Origin: Albugo candida
Taxonomy: Eukaryota
Reading direction: 5' to 3'
Assembly: GCA_040437565.1 (NCBI GenBank)
Contig: JBDOQK010000019.1
Location: 310,001-374,000, forward strand
Length of the DNA stretch: 64,000 nucleotides
Shown here: positions 37,598 through 50,454 of the stretch, piece after piece
How the letters are laid out: every line of letters begins with the position of its first letter
Position numbering within the stretch: the stretch's first letter is position 1
Notes under the pieces: model-generated
Seen by the model: the letters and a program-made list of their open reading frames with translations, nothing else
The model's database searches: none
What the model was told of the DNA's origin: nothing
Program-made: the position numbers and the translations under genes

Positions 37598-37711
37598 TGT
37601 CAATGAAGTTGGATTTTATTGATTTCAAAGGAGAGCACGCCGTCAATTCATTATTGATTATACACAATTCAACTGACAATTCATTTGAATTGTCACCGGA
37701 ATCATTGGTTC

Positions 37712-40024
37712 ATGCAGTCGTCCTATTCTTCCGCATGGGTTTTCGCGGTCCCTATTGCTGCTCTTCTGCTCACAGCGGTGTCACTTCAGCTAACCGACAC
37801 TTGGCATCCCAGTATTGAATTATTATGCAGCAAATTCGCTCAAAAAAGCCGACAAAAACCGACTAAAGCCAACAAAAAGAAGCTAAAAAAATCTACCATC
37901 TCTCGCAAGTCGCCACAAAAGCCGCATTCCGATGCTCCCAGAGCGATTCCCGTTCGCATTCTCTTTGGCACTCAAACAGGAACAGCTAAATGTATGTAAA
38001 TCAATCGGAATTCCTTTTGTTTTGATACTATTGCGTGCATTTAGCGATGGCATTGGACCTAGAAAAGCGTTTGTTTGCATGTAATGTGTCAGGATTCCAT
38101 TTCCAACCCGAAGTCATAAACATGAACGAATATGACCAAGTAAGCAAGTAATTTCATGCTATTTCATGCTCATTTTTAACAATAATTCGCTCCACAGGAT
38201 CATTTAGAGCACGAATCAGTCGTGATTTTTATCCTATCAACGTGGACGGGAGGAATCGCACCCAAAGATGCAGAGACTTTTTGCTCGTGGCTGAAAGATA
38301 TGGCGCTGGATTTTCGAGTGTCAAAGACATGGCTGTCGCATATCTTTCACGCAGTGTTTGGTCTAGGAAGCGCCGAGTATGATGAGCATTACTGCACAGC
38401 AGCCAAGGAATTGAGCAAGCATTTAAAGCTGTTGGGGTCTTCCAGTTTGGTTGAGATCGGCTTTGGCGATGATAATATTGATCAAAATCAGCAATTTGAG
38501 CAGTGGAGTGACCAACTTATCGTGAAACTCTGCTCACAAAGCACAATGTCTCCTCCAGCAACCGAAGTACAAACGGTCAATGAGGAAGAGAACGACGACG
38601 AAACAAAAGGATGGCTATCACAGAATCAACATCGTCGTCAGAAAAGAGCTGAAAAACAGCAAGATGCGCTCAGGTTGAATCCTAAAGCGATGGAGTGGAC
38701 GGAAGAAGATCTGATGAATGATCGACTTTTGACCGATGACACCCTTGAAATCAACCGAGATATCAGCACTACTAAACAATCTTCTGAAGGAGAAAGTATC
38801 GTCGATGTGGAAGATATAGGAAACACGATGCGAGAATCACAAACCGCGAATGAGTCCCAAGAAATGGTGACGCCAATGCAACGAAAAGCTCTGACCAAAG
38901 AAGGGTATAAGATCATTGGGAGTCACAGTGCGGTCAAACTCTGTCGATGGACCAAACATCAACTACGAGGTCGTGGAGGGTGTTACAAACACACATTTTA
39001 TGGTATCACGAGCTATCAATGCATGGAAACAACTCCAAGTCTCGCGTGTGCAAACAAATGCGTTTTTTGCTGGCGTCATCACAAGAATCCTGTTGGTCGA
39101 GTATGGCGATGGAAAATCGATGAGCCAGAAGGTTTGATTGTAGGCTCGATCGAACGTCATCAAAACATGATCAAAGAGCTGAGAGGACTGCCAGGACTGA
39201 ATCTAGAACGTTGGAAAGAAGCCTTCACCGTTCGTCATTGTGCGCTCTCGCTAGTCGGGGAGCCGATCATGTACCCGCACATCAATACGTTCTGTCGAAA
39301 ACTTCATCAGCGCCGTATTTCGTCGTTTCTCGTGACAAATGCTCAATTTCCCGAGAAAATCGCGGCTTTGGAACCGATCACGCAATTGTATGTGAGCGTC
39401 GACGCTGCGACCAAAGATGCTTTGCAAGCTGTTGATCGACCGCTTTTCAAGGATTTCTGGGAAAGATTTCTCGCGTGTTTGAGAGAGCTGAGACGCAAAG
39501 GCCAACGCACAGTGTATCGTCTCACGCTCGTCAAGTCGTACAACATGCAAGATATCGAAAAGTACGCTGAGCTGATCGAAATTGGGCAGCCGGATTTCAT
39601 CGAAGTCAAAGCAGTCACATATTGTGGCAAATCAGACGGATCCGATCTGACCATGAAGCACGTTCCGTGGCACGAGGAAGTCTGTGACTTTTGTACTGCG
39701 TTGGTCGAGAAAACAAACGGCGTATACGGTCTCGCTGCCCAACATGCACATTCGAATTGTGTCCTGCTCGCAAAGAAAACATTCTGCATCGATGGACAGT
39801 GGCATACGTGGATTGATTATGAAAAGTTCCATGATCTGATGGATCGATACTACACGGACGGAACGATGTTCTCCTCGAGCGAGTACATCTCTCCGACGCC
39901 TTCATGGGCGACATTCGATGCACCTGAAAAAGGCTTTGATCCATGCGAGACGCGATTCTATCGAACGAAAAATGGGAAAATTGCAGAAACATCGTATCAA
40001 AGCACCGAGTCAGGATGCGGCTAG
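37712..40024 (+). CDS. TYW1: TYW1, second identical copy (probable assembly artefact)
   Basis: Translation identical to 34633-36945. Confidence 0.9.
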
Positions 40025-40045
40025 CTCGAGATCTTACGTGAGCGC

Positions 40046-41277
40046 TTATTGACATTGGAGTAGTGAGTGGAAGAAAAAACAGCTTTCGAGCACGCCATCT
40101 TCGCTGCAGTCTGTACAATGAATGCCATTGTCCAATTTCGAGCTTCCAAAACTTGCACGAAGTGAGTCTGGATACAGTGCTTGTGCGATTTCCACATCGA
40201 AAGGCCCACAGAATTCGCGAAAGCTGCTCACAATATCGCCATCACCACGGATCTCCAATGCTATGCAGATATTCGAGCTCATGTAGTTGATCATTTCCTA
40301 AGCAAAATACTTTCAGTATGCCTTTTCGAACGACGTCGCATTTACTTGATATTTGGGAACAACGAGTTTGTACGCTTGGAAGAATTCATCCGCTTGGCTG
40401 AGTGTCAAGTGAAAAGATCGCATCGCTGAAATCTCAAAAGACCGATTTTGTAAAATCCGACGCACGACATCGCCAAGCCGTCCTGAGACAATTTGAGCTG
40501 CGTTTGTGACAAATATGGCGATCACATACCTTCCTGAACGACTCGAGGCCGAAGGATGCAAAGTGTGCAGCAATCAAAAATTGCTGTGGTGCGAGGTCGG
40601 GTCTCTGTGCTGAGTGACTGGAGAAAGCTTCCAGTATCTGAGGCTTCTCGACACAAGAGTATGGAACCATCGTGGTCCCATCCACGTTCTCTCACGCGAT
40701 CGAGGTAGGAGGCCTCCGTGGAATTTTGTTTTGTTTGCAGGAGTACGAGGACGGATACGCTATCTTCAGAATGAGAAACGATCTGATCGATCAGATTTGC
40801 CACACACGATCGATGCACCTTTCATCGCTTGAGCCTGCTGCTGGGTTATGTGCATCATCTCCAGGTGCAGTAAAGTGCCTGCAGCTTGTATGACTTGAAG
40901 GATATCGCCCATCCGATTGTACGCCTTGGGAGGGATGACACAGATCATTTTATCCGATGTGATTCCGTACGCCAATTGCTGGCGAGTAAAGTCATTTGCG
41001 GTGGCAATGATGCGAAATTGACGACTATACACTGTGACGGTAGCACCCACATTGATATCTGAAGTCGATACGGTCGGAATTCGGATTTTTTTGAGAAAAA
41101 TTCGCTTGTTTTGCCGTTCTATCTGTATAGCATGCACAGTGAGCTTCTTCTGCAGAGTTCTAAGAGCCTTACCAATTCTAATGTCTGATCCGGGAAACAA
41201 TTGAGAATGTACTGCTTATCCTGATCGCTCTGTGGATCGTGCCATTCCGCAAAGTAGGATAATTTCTGCTCCGACAT
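40046..41277 (-). CDS. NME7: Nucleoside diphosphate kinase 7-like (DM10 plus two NDK domains), multi-exon
   Basis: DM10 start MSEQKLSYFAEWHDPQ...RIFLKK...VGATVTVYSRQFRII; CVIPPKAYNRMGDIL; C-terminal NDK FREFCGPFDVEIAQALYPDSLRASFG...NGIHCTDCSEDGVLESCFFF. Confidence 0.88.
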
Positions 41278-41298
41278 GCTATAAATACGATTGTCGGG

Positions 41299-42961
41299 TC
41301 AGAAGGCCGCATGCAGCGATAACAATGTGCAGGCAGTGACAGTTGCAGCTGTCGGGCTGTTTTGAGTACTATCGTCTCCGATTACCATTTGCACTGTTGC
41401 TTGAAATCGTGAATTGGGATGGACGATGGCATTCAGACAGGAAGCAACTCGCCATTTTGCATCGAGACAATTGGGGATAGATGACCTCGTGTCGATAAGT
41501 AGACTTGCGTTGATATTTCCGGCTACGTGCTGGATCACAGGGTCTTGGGCGGTGACATTGAAGACCTGAAGCTTATTATCATGGAGTCCCTGGAGTCGCA
41601 TTGTGACGGCCCGGTACCTCCAGAGACATGCTTTATCGTGTTCCTCGGTTGCGCTCGAGTCGATTTCATCAAATGTGAGTATTGAAGTCGTTCTTTTACG
41701 ATTTTTTTTCTGTATTCTGCATTGACGCTTTGGACACGACATGTACAGATTGGGAATGACTTTAGCATTGAATCTCGGCAGCGTTTCTTGACAAAATCGG
41801 CAATAGCTCTCGACCAAAAGTGGTGTGAATGGAGGCCTCACACGGGAAGTGGATCCTAACGGCTGCCCAAAATCGACGCGTTCGACCCGAACATCCTCCA
41901 AGACGATAAGTTCACCATATTTGTTACCACTATCCGGTCGCATTTGTGAAGTTTCTATTGATTTACATATTACTCCTTTTTTCTCACTGATTCCCGTCTG
42001 AATTTTCGACAGAATTGAAGGATGACTCGTCCTGCACCTCACGAATTGGGTCATTGAGCTCGAATGTGCGAGCAGAGATTTTGTAGCGTCATCGAGTGCT
42101 ATGATAAGATTCAGTATCTCAAAAGGTCCATCATGCGCCAGAAGAGACTCAGAATGCTTTTTGTGAGCCTGTTGATCCCATAGACAGAGTCGTACAGCCT
42201 GTGCTTCGCCCAATGTGTCATCAGTCATCTCAACATCTCGCCGGTAAGCTCCAAAAGTGGTCGCCAGTCTATCCACTACGCCGGTCTTTTCTTCTTTCTT
42301 TTCTTTTGGCTCTCGCAAGCGACAACGAACATGAACGATTGTTTCTGGCTGCAAATCGCAAAGCTTGGTGAACGATTTATCCGTAGGATATGATTTTGGA
42401 TCAGATTCTATCGACCTTCTTCCCCTTTGAGCTTGAGGCTTCTCAACTTGCTCTGGATGATCCTTCATCCATTGTATTAAATGGAGTGTTTCCTTCATAC
42501 TAATATCGGCTGATCCACAATGCCGACCATTGCGTACCAGAAGATCGATGCGAGAGCTTGTGTTGGAGTAATGAGCTTCCATCGAACCACAAAAGCTTCG
42601 AAGGCGACAGCTGCTTACGCAAGGTGAGAAGTATACGTTTTTTTAGTAGGATGACGTACTTTGAGAAAAGAACAATGTCGCCGACTTGCACGGCTGTGTT
42701 TCGAAGCTCAAATTGATTGCATAAAGTGTATTTTGGCTGGTCATGACCCCAGAAAAGAACTTTAAAAAATGTATACGTATGATCTGCAACGTATATTATA
42801 TTAACAACTCGGCTTTCTCGGCCATTGCGAAGCTTTCTTTCCCGTCGACACATTTGCTGCACAACTGCAATAAAATCTTTCTGCATACCGTCTTGGAGTG
42901 TACAAAGAAAAGCTCTGTTTGCTGATTCCTCGCATTTTAACATGGATGCGCAATTTGACAT
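41299..42961 (-). CDS. Triple-OB-fold ssDNA-binding protein with Cys4 zinc motif, SHLD2/FAM35A (shieldin subunit 2)-like
   Basis: Two exons (intron 42659-42611, gtacgt...taagcag). OB-A: YVADHTYTFFKVLFWG...VGDIVLFSN. OB-B: LCDLQPETIVHVRCRL...LCLWD. OB-C: YCRFC...YMSC...C...YRAVTM...IQHVAGNINASLL. The SHLD2 resemblance is from recalled human sequence; the start codon is uncertain. Confidence 0.65.
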
Positions 42962-43347
42962 GGATATCCTAGATTTACGTGTCAAACAGCTTCAAATTGC
43001 GACATCAAATTCCTGGAACGACTGCAGGAAATCTGATCTTGCAATTCTTTGAGAAAAAACTTGTTCGTTACAAAAACACTGCATCTCTTTTCGCTGTAAT
43101 TACAAATAGTGACGCTTCTCGACTGAATAGACAGCTCCAACGTCTATTTGTGTTAGACGGAACGCTTTATTCGGCACAATTGCAAGCACAAAAATTTATC
43201 AGAAAGACGTATCTCCGTGACGACACCCTTTCGAATCAGCAAACTCCATTCTCCACCTCACTTGTCGAAAGGTTTGTTTACGAATCCCTTACTTTTTGAG
43301 TCGATTTCGCTTCCTCAAAGCACGATGAGCTAATGCACTCAAGAGTC

Positions 43348-43363
43348 GCTCATTTCCAGCTTT
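43348..43363 (+). promoter_or_regulatory. Candidate oomycete Initiator/FPR-like element upstream of Rab8
   Basis: GCTCATTTCCAGCTTT resembles the oomycete core promoter GCYCATTYYNNAWTTT, ~30 bp before the ATG. It could instead lie in a 5'-UTR intron. Confidence 0.3.
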
Positions 43364-43390
43364 GTTTGCCGATAGAATACGACTTAAAGA

Positions 43391-44111
43391 ATGGCACGAC
43401 ATGAAAACCCATTTGATATGCAAATCAAATTGCTTATGATTGGCGATAGCGGTAATTCTTTACTCAATTGCAGAATTTATGATACAATGCTAAATAAATA
43501 CTGCAAGGTGTCGGGAAGACGTGTCTTTTGCTTCGATATGCGAATGATTCATTCTCTCCAACGTTCATCACGACGATTGGCATCGATTTCAAGATAAAAA
43601 ACATTGAATTGGATGGCAAAAAAATTAAGTTACAGGTCTCAAGTGAACTCGTTCTGATAATAAGTTTGTGTAAGCGGATTTCTTACGTTAGATTTGGGAC
43701 ACAGCAGGACAGGAACGATTTCGGACAATCACAACGTCGTATTTCCGTGGAGCCCAAGGAATTTTACTGGTGTATGATGTCACAGATAGGACATCCTTTC
43801 AAAGTATACGAAATTGGGTTGGTCAGATACAACAACATGCCGACGTACATGTGAACAAGATTCTTATTGGGAATAAATGCGATATGACGGATGACAAAGT
43901 AATCAGTACGGAAGAGGGGCAGGCACTTGCCGATGAGTATGGGGTCAGATTTTATGAGACCAGTGCTAAGAACAACATCAATGTGGAAGGAGGTTTCATC
44001 GATATTGCCCGAGAAGTAAAAAATAGACTGATGGAAGAAGGTGGATCGCACAAAAAAGAGAGTATAAATCTCAGCGCGAAGGCAATTCCACCAAAGAAAG
44101 GCTGTTGTTAA
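43391..44111 (+). CDS. RAB8: Rab8/RabE/Sec4-family small GTPase (3 exons)
   Basis: [62 protein letters not shown]-terminal GCC prenylation motif. Confidence 0.95.
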
Positions 44112-44663
44112 TTCCTCCGATTTTCAGGACCAATACATCGCTTGTTGGATCCTTAAATCAGCATTTTCTTGTACTTGTAGAGAAGGAAGATACCAAATCT
44201 CGCCACCTTGTGTCTAGTTCGGCTTGGAAGTAGAAGTAAACACATTGTTACTAATGCCATTCTCGTTATCTACAACTGTAAAAATAGTCGTAAAAGACGT
44301 ACACCATCTCAAATGCAATCACCGCTATGTTAGCGGTGCGAAGTTGCACGTTTTTAGGACTTGCCATTTACGTGCTTTTCTTCCTGCTGGAATGCATGAC
44401 AATNNNNNNNNNNNNNNNNNNNNNNNNNNNNNNNNNNNNNNNNNNNNNNNNNNNNNNNNNNNNNNNNNNNNNNNNNNNNNNNNNNNNNNNNNNNNNNNNN
44501 NNNTTTCTTCCTGCTGGAATGCATGACAATATGGCAAAGATTTTCATAATATGGCGTTTTGATTGGGCAGATAACGGAATTAAATCATTGTATTGGCTGA
44601 AATGTAGCTTTTGGTGCATGATTATGGATGCAAAAAATGACGCCAAACATAATGATGCTGTGC

Positions 44664-44690
44664 GATCGAATGGATCGAATGGATCGAATG
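44664..44690 (+). repeat. 9-bp tandem repeat (GATCGAATG)x3 upstream of VPS36
   Basis: Directly visible. Confidence 0.8.
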
Positions 44691-44719
44691 GCTTAAACTC
44701 AATTTCTTTAATCGATCTG

Positions 44720-46164
44720 ATGCAGCGTATGAATGAATATGTATCAGATACGCTAATTCCTATCCTTTACTCACATATTTATTGGTGATTCTTAGCGCTC
44801 ACATTGACACCTGCAGGTCGCCCGGCTCTGTATCCAAGCGAAGTCGAGGTATACAGCCAAGATAATGTCAGTCTGTATGACCACGAGGAAAAAACAGCTT
44901 ATAAATATGGTCGCTGTGTGATCACAACGCACCGCTTACTTTACGTACAAGAACAAGTCACACCAAATATTGCCCTGTGCCTCTCGCTTTCATTGATCAT
45001 AAAAGTGACCAAAGAAGCCGGATTTCTGTCACGTTCTGGTTTGCATTTGTCTTTAAATACTAATGGAAATCTCATATATATTTGTATCAGCAAAACTTCG
45101 GCTGGATTTAGATGCGGTAGACTCGGGAGATATCACAGCGCACATGAAGCTGTCCTTCAAATGCGGAGGAAGAGACGAGTTTTATGGTCCGCTTCGTACT
45201 GCTCTTGAACGAAAAGCTTGGGTTAAGTCAAAAACCAGTCAACTTGTTGATCGTCGAGTGCAAAATCGACCATTTAGGACCTGTGATGCAGGAATTGCTG
45301 GTATCTTACGAAGACAACAAGAAGAACAGAAAAAATCTGTCGAATTGACGGCGACCGCCTTTTCTGATTTAACAAATTTGATGTTAAGAGCCAAAGATCT
45401 GGTCAGTATACAATTCAAATGCTACTCGGTCTCCTCTCAATATGAGTGCATTAGGTCGAGATGATGGAGCGATACTCGGTAAAAGTCAAGTCGATGGAGA
45501 AGAGTTCCGAGAAAGAGGGAGACGCCGATGAAATTTCACTTCTCAATTCGCTCATGCTGGACATGGGAATCATCAGTCCAGTCACGCGAGAGAATGCTGG
45601 AAGTGCATATTATCATCAATTGGCTCGCCAACTTGCCGAGTTCTTGACTACTTGCATGCCTAATTATGGAGGTATTATGACACTATCGGATATCTACTGT
45701 CTCTTCAATCGTGCTCGTGGAGTCGAGCTGGTCTCTCCAGATGACTTGTTTGAGGCCTGTCATTTGCAGCAAGTACTGCAGCTGGGCTTTCACATGCGAA
45801 AATTTGCAAGTGGCTTGATTGTACTGCAAGCAGGTGCTTTTTCCTTCGTCTCGTAAGACCTTCATCATGTTGATATGCTGCTGTAGATTCTTTTCGAGAA
45901 GATCGAATGGCGAAGAGACTGAGACAAATGGCTGAGAAATCAAGCTTGGGATACCTAACTATCACAGAAGTGTCCATAGAACTGCAGATTTCATACCCAC
46001 TGGCTCAAGATTATCTCAAGGTTGGCCCATGATTGAATGATAATGGTGGGGACTGACTTTACATGCAGGCAGCAGAGGAGTTGCAAGAGCTTTGCCGCGA
46101 TGACACATTTGAAGGGATCAATTTTTACCCAAATTACTTCGACTCCTACATCCGTGTTCTGTGA
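44720..46164 (+). CDS. VPS36: ESCRT-II subunit VPS36/EAP45 (GLUE plus winged helices), multi-exon
   Basis: MQP|LTLTPAGRPALYPSE, GRCVITTHRLLY, KLSFKCGG, AGIAGI, AFSDLTNLM, MGIISPVTRE, YCLFNRARGVELVSPDD, LCRDDTFEGINFYPNYF; stop at 46162-46164. Confidence 0.93.
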
Positions 46165-46206
46165 ATGACGTTAGCTCTAATCAAATGCAAACACTCTATG
46201 GCTCTA

Positions 46207-46557
46207 TTATGCTAATTTGCCCAATTTCTGCTTTTGCTGCATGTAGCGCACCGTGACAAGCGTTCCGCACACCTGATATCAAAGTAAAGGCATTGTGTCA
46301 TACAAATTGGATAGAACACATACTCTGCAATCATAAGCGTCTGCCTCCAAGTCTTCCAGCTCTATCATTTTTGAGTCACAATCAAGCTCACTCATCTCTT
46401 TCTCGTCCTCCATACGCTGATTATCTTCGTCTTCATCAAAACAATCGACTAATTTAAGCATTTTCGACTCTAAAATGCTTTGTCGTAATCGTTTATCTGC
46501 CTTAGATCGATGCTGCGCTGACTGAGGCATTGATGTGAGATGACTGATTTCTCTCAT
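46207..46557 (-). CDS. Small hypothetical acidic protein (2 exons)
   Basis: ORF MREISH...AYDCR|VCGTLVTVRYMQQKQKLGKLA* through a gtatgt...atcag intron. No family recognised. Confidence 0.4.
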
Positions 46558-46718
46558 TACAGCGGTTACACGGCCGCCATCATTATGTATTTATAAGCAA
46601 AACGTAGCTAAAATCCCACGCAGAAGAATCAAGTTAGAAGCACATGCACTTGGAATAAATGCTATTTATTGTTTTGCCTAGTTCTTGGGATGACACTATA
46701 AACCAGAACTAAATCAGG

Positions 46719-48008
46719 ATGCGATTGCTGGGTAGAATTAGGAGAGATTTTAGCGTATGTCACCGACATTTTGTGACGGGTAGCAAAGCAAGCGATCGTG
46801 TGGATGCAATTGCTCCGCTGGAGTTTCGCAAATTGCTTCACGATATTGATGCTTGTCTTGACTCGAAATGCCGCGAGGTAGCTGGAGAGTATCCGCTTGC
46901 TGTAGCTCTTTCTGGTGGTGCAGACAGCCTGACGCTTACTTTCTTACTCGATGAGTATTTACGGAAATGGGAGCAGGAGAAGACTGTATCACTTTTAGCA
47001 ATCACTGTCGATCATCAATTGCGAATCGAAAGCCGAGAGGAAGCCGAATATGTTTGTAGAATTTGTAAAGAGCGAGCTATTGCTCATGTTATTGCATCAA
47101 GTGATTGGAGTGCGGTCGACCCGAGACAGCTGGTCGATGGGAAGCCAAAGAAAAGTCGCATGCAAGTACAAGCGAGGAATTATCGCTATGCATCACTGAA
47201 ACAGATGTGTCAGAAGTTTGGTGTCAAATATCTATTTGTTGGACATACATTAGATGATCAAGAAGAGACGATTCTGCTTCGATTAGCTCGGGGAAGTGGA
47301 CTCAATGGGCTGGCCGGTATGGAGGCACTCACCAAATGGTTCTGGAACGAAGAGATTGGCGACCATACTTACTTGGTGAGACCTCTCCTTTCCGTTTCGA
47401 AATCAAGACTTCAGCAGACCTGCACCCAAAGGTTTCATCAAGATTGGGTTGAGGATCCATCCAATCACTCTGATGTATTTGATCGAGTTCGAATACGAAA
47501 GGTACACATCTTTTTGTCACCAATTCAAAGGCACTAATCGTCAAAATGCGTACAGGCGATGGCTAAGATTCGGAGTGAAAAAGGCGAAGGAGCTTTCGAT
47601 TGTCTTTTGCCACTCCACCAAATCGCTTCGGAAGCCAAAAAAGAATTTAAAGAATTAGGTTTTTATCTTGTGATTTGAGACTCGCACGGTCTAAACAACT
47701 TCTTTTCCCAAGAAAAAGATGTATTGGAAAAGCATACTATGAAATGGAGCTCTTCTCAAGTGTTGCTCGATGCAGCGTTTCGGAACGAGTACCAAGAGCT
47801 CAGCTATCGCGTTCTCATAAGAATTCTCAATTTTGTTGGGCAAAGGGAGCATCCACCAAGACTTTCTTCTGTATCTAAATTACTACGTGAACTAGATCAA
47901 CTCACTTGTGGAAGGAAGGTCACTATTCACGGCTGCAGCGTCAAGAAGGTCGAAAAAGGTCGCATTCTATCCTTTGAACCAGAGCATCCGCATTTCAATG
48001 GATCATAA
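46719..48008 (+). CDS. tilS: tRNA(Ile)-lysidine synthase (TilS/MesJ, PP-loop), probably mitochondrial (3 exons)
   Basis: VALSGGADS, TVDHQLR, ARNYRY, GHTLDDQEET, RLARGSG...GLAGM, VRPLL, WVEDPSN, DRVRIR. Arg-rich N-terminus MRLLGRIRRDFSVCHRHF. Confidence 0.93.
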
Positions 48009-48091
48009 TCGTAATATAGAAAACTACTACTACCATTAAGCTATTTCTTCACTCATCGCTCGAAACTTTTGATCCCATCCTTTCGTCCAAA

Positions 48092-49035
48092 ATGACAGGC
48101 AGTTTCGTGGGCGTAGCTTCTCAGCTTTTAGTCATTTCTCCTATGACGTCGTACATTTTACGGATGAAAAGATTCTCCAAACGCGTGCGTGTGACGCTCG
48201 CAATTGTATTTTTAATATCTGTCGCTGCGTTTTCTATTGTAAGCTGCCAAAAACGCAATTTTTATGGATAGGACCACTCATTTTTGCTCTTTAGATAAGT
48301 GAACAGACAAATCCGGCATCGAATTTATATTCGCTTATGGGTATAAGGCGAGACGCGAGCCCAAATGATATCAAACGCGCGTTTCGATTACGTTCAGTGG
48401 AACTGCATCCTGACAAAAACCCATCGGAAAATGCAGAGGAAGAATTCAATCGCTTACGTGCAGCATTCGATATTCTGAGCAATGCTGAAAAAAGGCGTCT
48501 TTATGACTGTTTTGGAGAAGACGCTATTGCGAAGGACCAAATGACGCTAATGATCGAAACGGGTCTGAAAAGCTTTAGTTTCTATGCCATTTGGGCTGTC
48601 ATGGTATACTTTTTCACGCTCAAAGAGGAAAACAAGCAAGCACGAAGTTGGGTGTATTGTGGAGAGGTCATGTTGCTCATTTTCGAAACTAATTTGCTGT
48701 TTGGAAGAAGAGATTTTGACCTTCCTTTCAGTTTATTTTCATTCGTCACAATTCATGAATTTGTGACTGCAATTCATTCCGCATTTCCGTTTTTTATGAA
48801 TGGATGTCGAGCGATTTCGACGTTCTATTATCGTGACATCATGCAGGAGAATTTGACGCTTGGATTCGAATTACTGAAGAGCAATAAGGTATGTTGAGCT
48901 ATCGTGATGCGTAGAGAGATTGGCTGAACTGGGATTTATAGCAAATTGCCCTCGGAATTCGGGAATTGAAGGCGGAAGTCACATCAATGCAACGTCGCCC
49001 TATCCGAGACGCTGGTGGCTCCACCGCTACTATCG
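48092..49035 (+). CDS. Membrane J-domain protein, copy truncated by the gap
   Basis: Identical to 50455-51398. Confidence 0.7.
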
Positions 49036-49135
49036 NNNNNNNNNNNNNNNNNNNNNNNNNNNNNNNNNNNNNNNNNNNNNNNNNNNNNNNNNNNNNNNNN
49101 NNNNNNNNNNNNNNNNNNNNNNNNNNNNNNNNNNN

Positions 49136-50371
49136 GTGACGGGTAGCAAAGCAAGCGATCGTGTGGATGCAATTGCTCCGCTGGAGTTTCGCAAATTGCT
49201 TCACGATATTGATGCTTGTCTTGACTCGAAATGCCGCGAGGTAGCTGGAGAGTATCCGCTTGCTGTAGCTCTTTCTGGTGGTGCAGACAGCCTGACGCTT
49301 ACTTTCTTACTCGATGAGTATTTACGGAAATGGGAGCAGGAGAAGACTGTATCACTTTTAGCAATCACTGTCGATCATCAATTGCGAATCGAAAGCCGAG
49401 AGGAAGCCGAATATGTTTGTAGAATTTGTAAAGAGCGAGCTATTGCTCATGTTATTGCATCAAGTGATTGGAGTGCGGTCGACCCGAGACAGCTGGTCGA
49501 TGGGAAGCCAAAGAAAAGTCGCATGCAAGTACAAGCGAGGAATTATCGCTATGCATCACTGAAACAGATGTGTCAGAAGTTTGGTGTCAAATATCTATTT
49601 GTTGGACATACATTAGATGATCAAGAAGAGACGATTCTGCTTCGATTAGCTCGGGGAAGTGGACTCAATGGGCTGGCCGGTATGGAGGCACTCACCAAAT
49701 GGTTCTGGAACGAAGAGATTGGCGACCATACTTACTTGGTGAGACCTCTCCTTTCCGTTTCGAAATCAAGACTTCAGCAGACCTGCACCCAAAGGTTTCA
49801 TCAAGATTGGGTTGAGGATCCATCCAATCACTCTGATGTATTTGATCGAGTTCGAATACGAAAGGTACACATCTTTTTGTCACCAATTCAAAGGCACTAA
49901 TCGTCAAAATGCGTACAGGCGATGGCTAAGATTCGGAGTGAAAAAGGCGAAGGAGCTTTCGATTGTCTTTTGCCACTCCACCAAATCGCTTCGGAAGCCA
50001 AAAAAGAATTTAAAGAATTAGGTTTTTATCTTGTGATTTGAGACTCGCACGGTCTAAACAACTTCTTTTCCCAAGAAAAAGATGTATTGGAAAAGCATAC
50101 TATGAAATGGAGCTCTTCTCAAGTGTTGCTCGATGCAGCGTTTCGGAACGAGTACCAAGAGCTCAGCTATCGCGTTCTCATAAGAATTCTCAATTTTGTT
50201 GGGCAAAGGGAGCATCCACCAAGACTTTCTTCTGTATCTAAATTACTACGTGAACTAGATCAACTCACTTGTGGAAGGAAGGTCACTATTCACGGCTGCA
50301 GCGTCAAGAAGGTCGAAAAAGGTCGCATTCTATCCTTTGAACCAGAGCATCCGCATTTCAATGGATCATAA
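49136..50371 (+). CDS. tilS: tilS duplicate copy lacking its first codons (gap)
   Basis: Identical to 46773-48008. Confidence 0.75.
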
Positions 50372-50454
50372 TCGTAATATAGAAAACTACTACTACCATT
50401 AAGCTATTTCTTCACTCATCGCTCGAAACTTTTGATCCCATCCTTTCGTCCAAA

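Larger units (their letters stand above)
34392..40449. repeat. Gap-flanking duplication 34392-37370 / 37471-40449 (probable assembly overlap)
   Basis: Apparently identical ~2.98 kb on either side of the 100-N gap, with identical ORF translations. Confidence 0.9.

Noticed and set aside
34392-40449. Tandem duplication of TYW1 as a biological gene amplification
   Set aside because: Copies appear identical and abut a 100-N gap, the same pattern as many other gaps.
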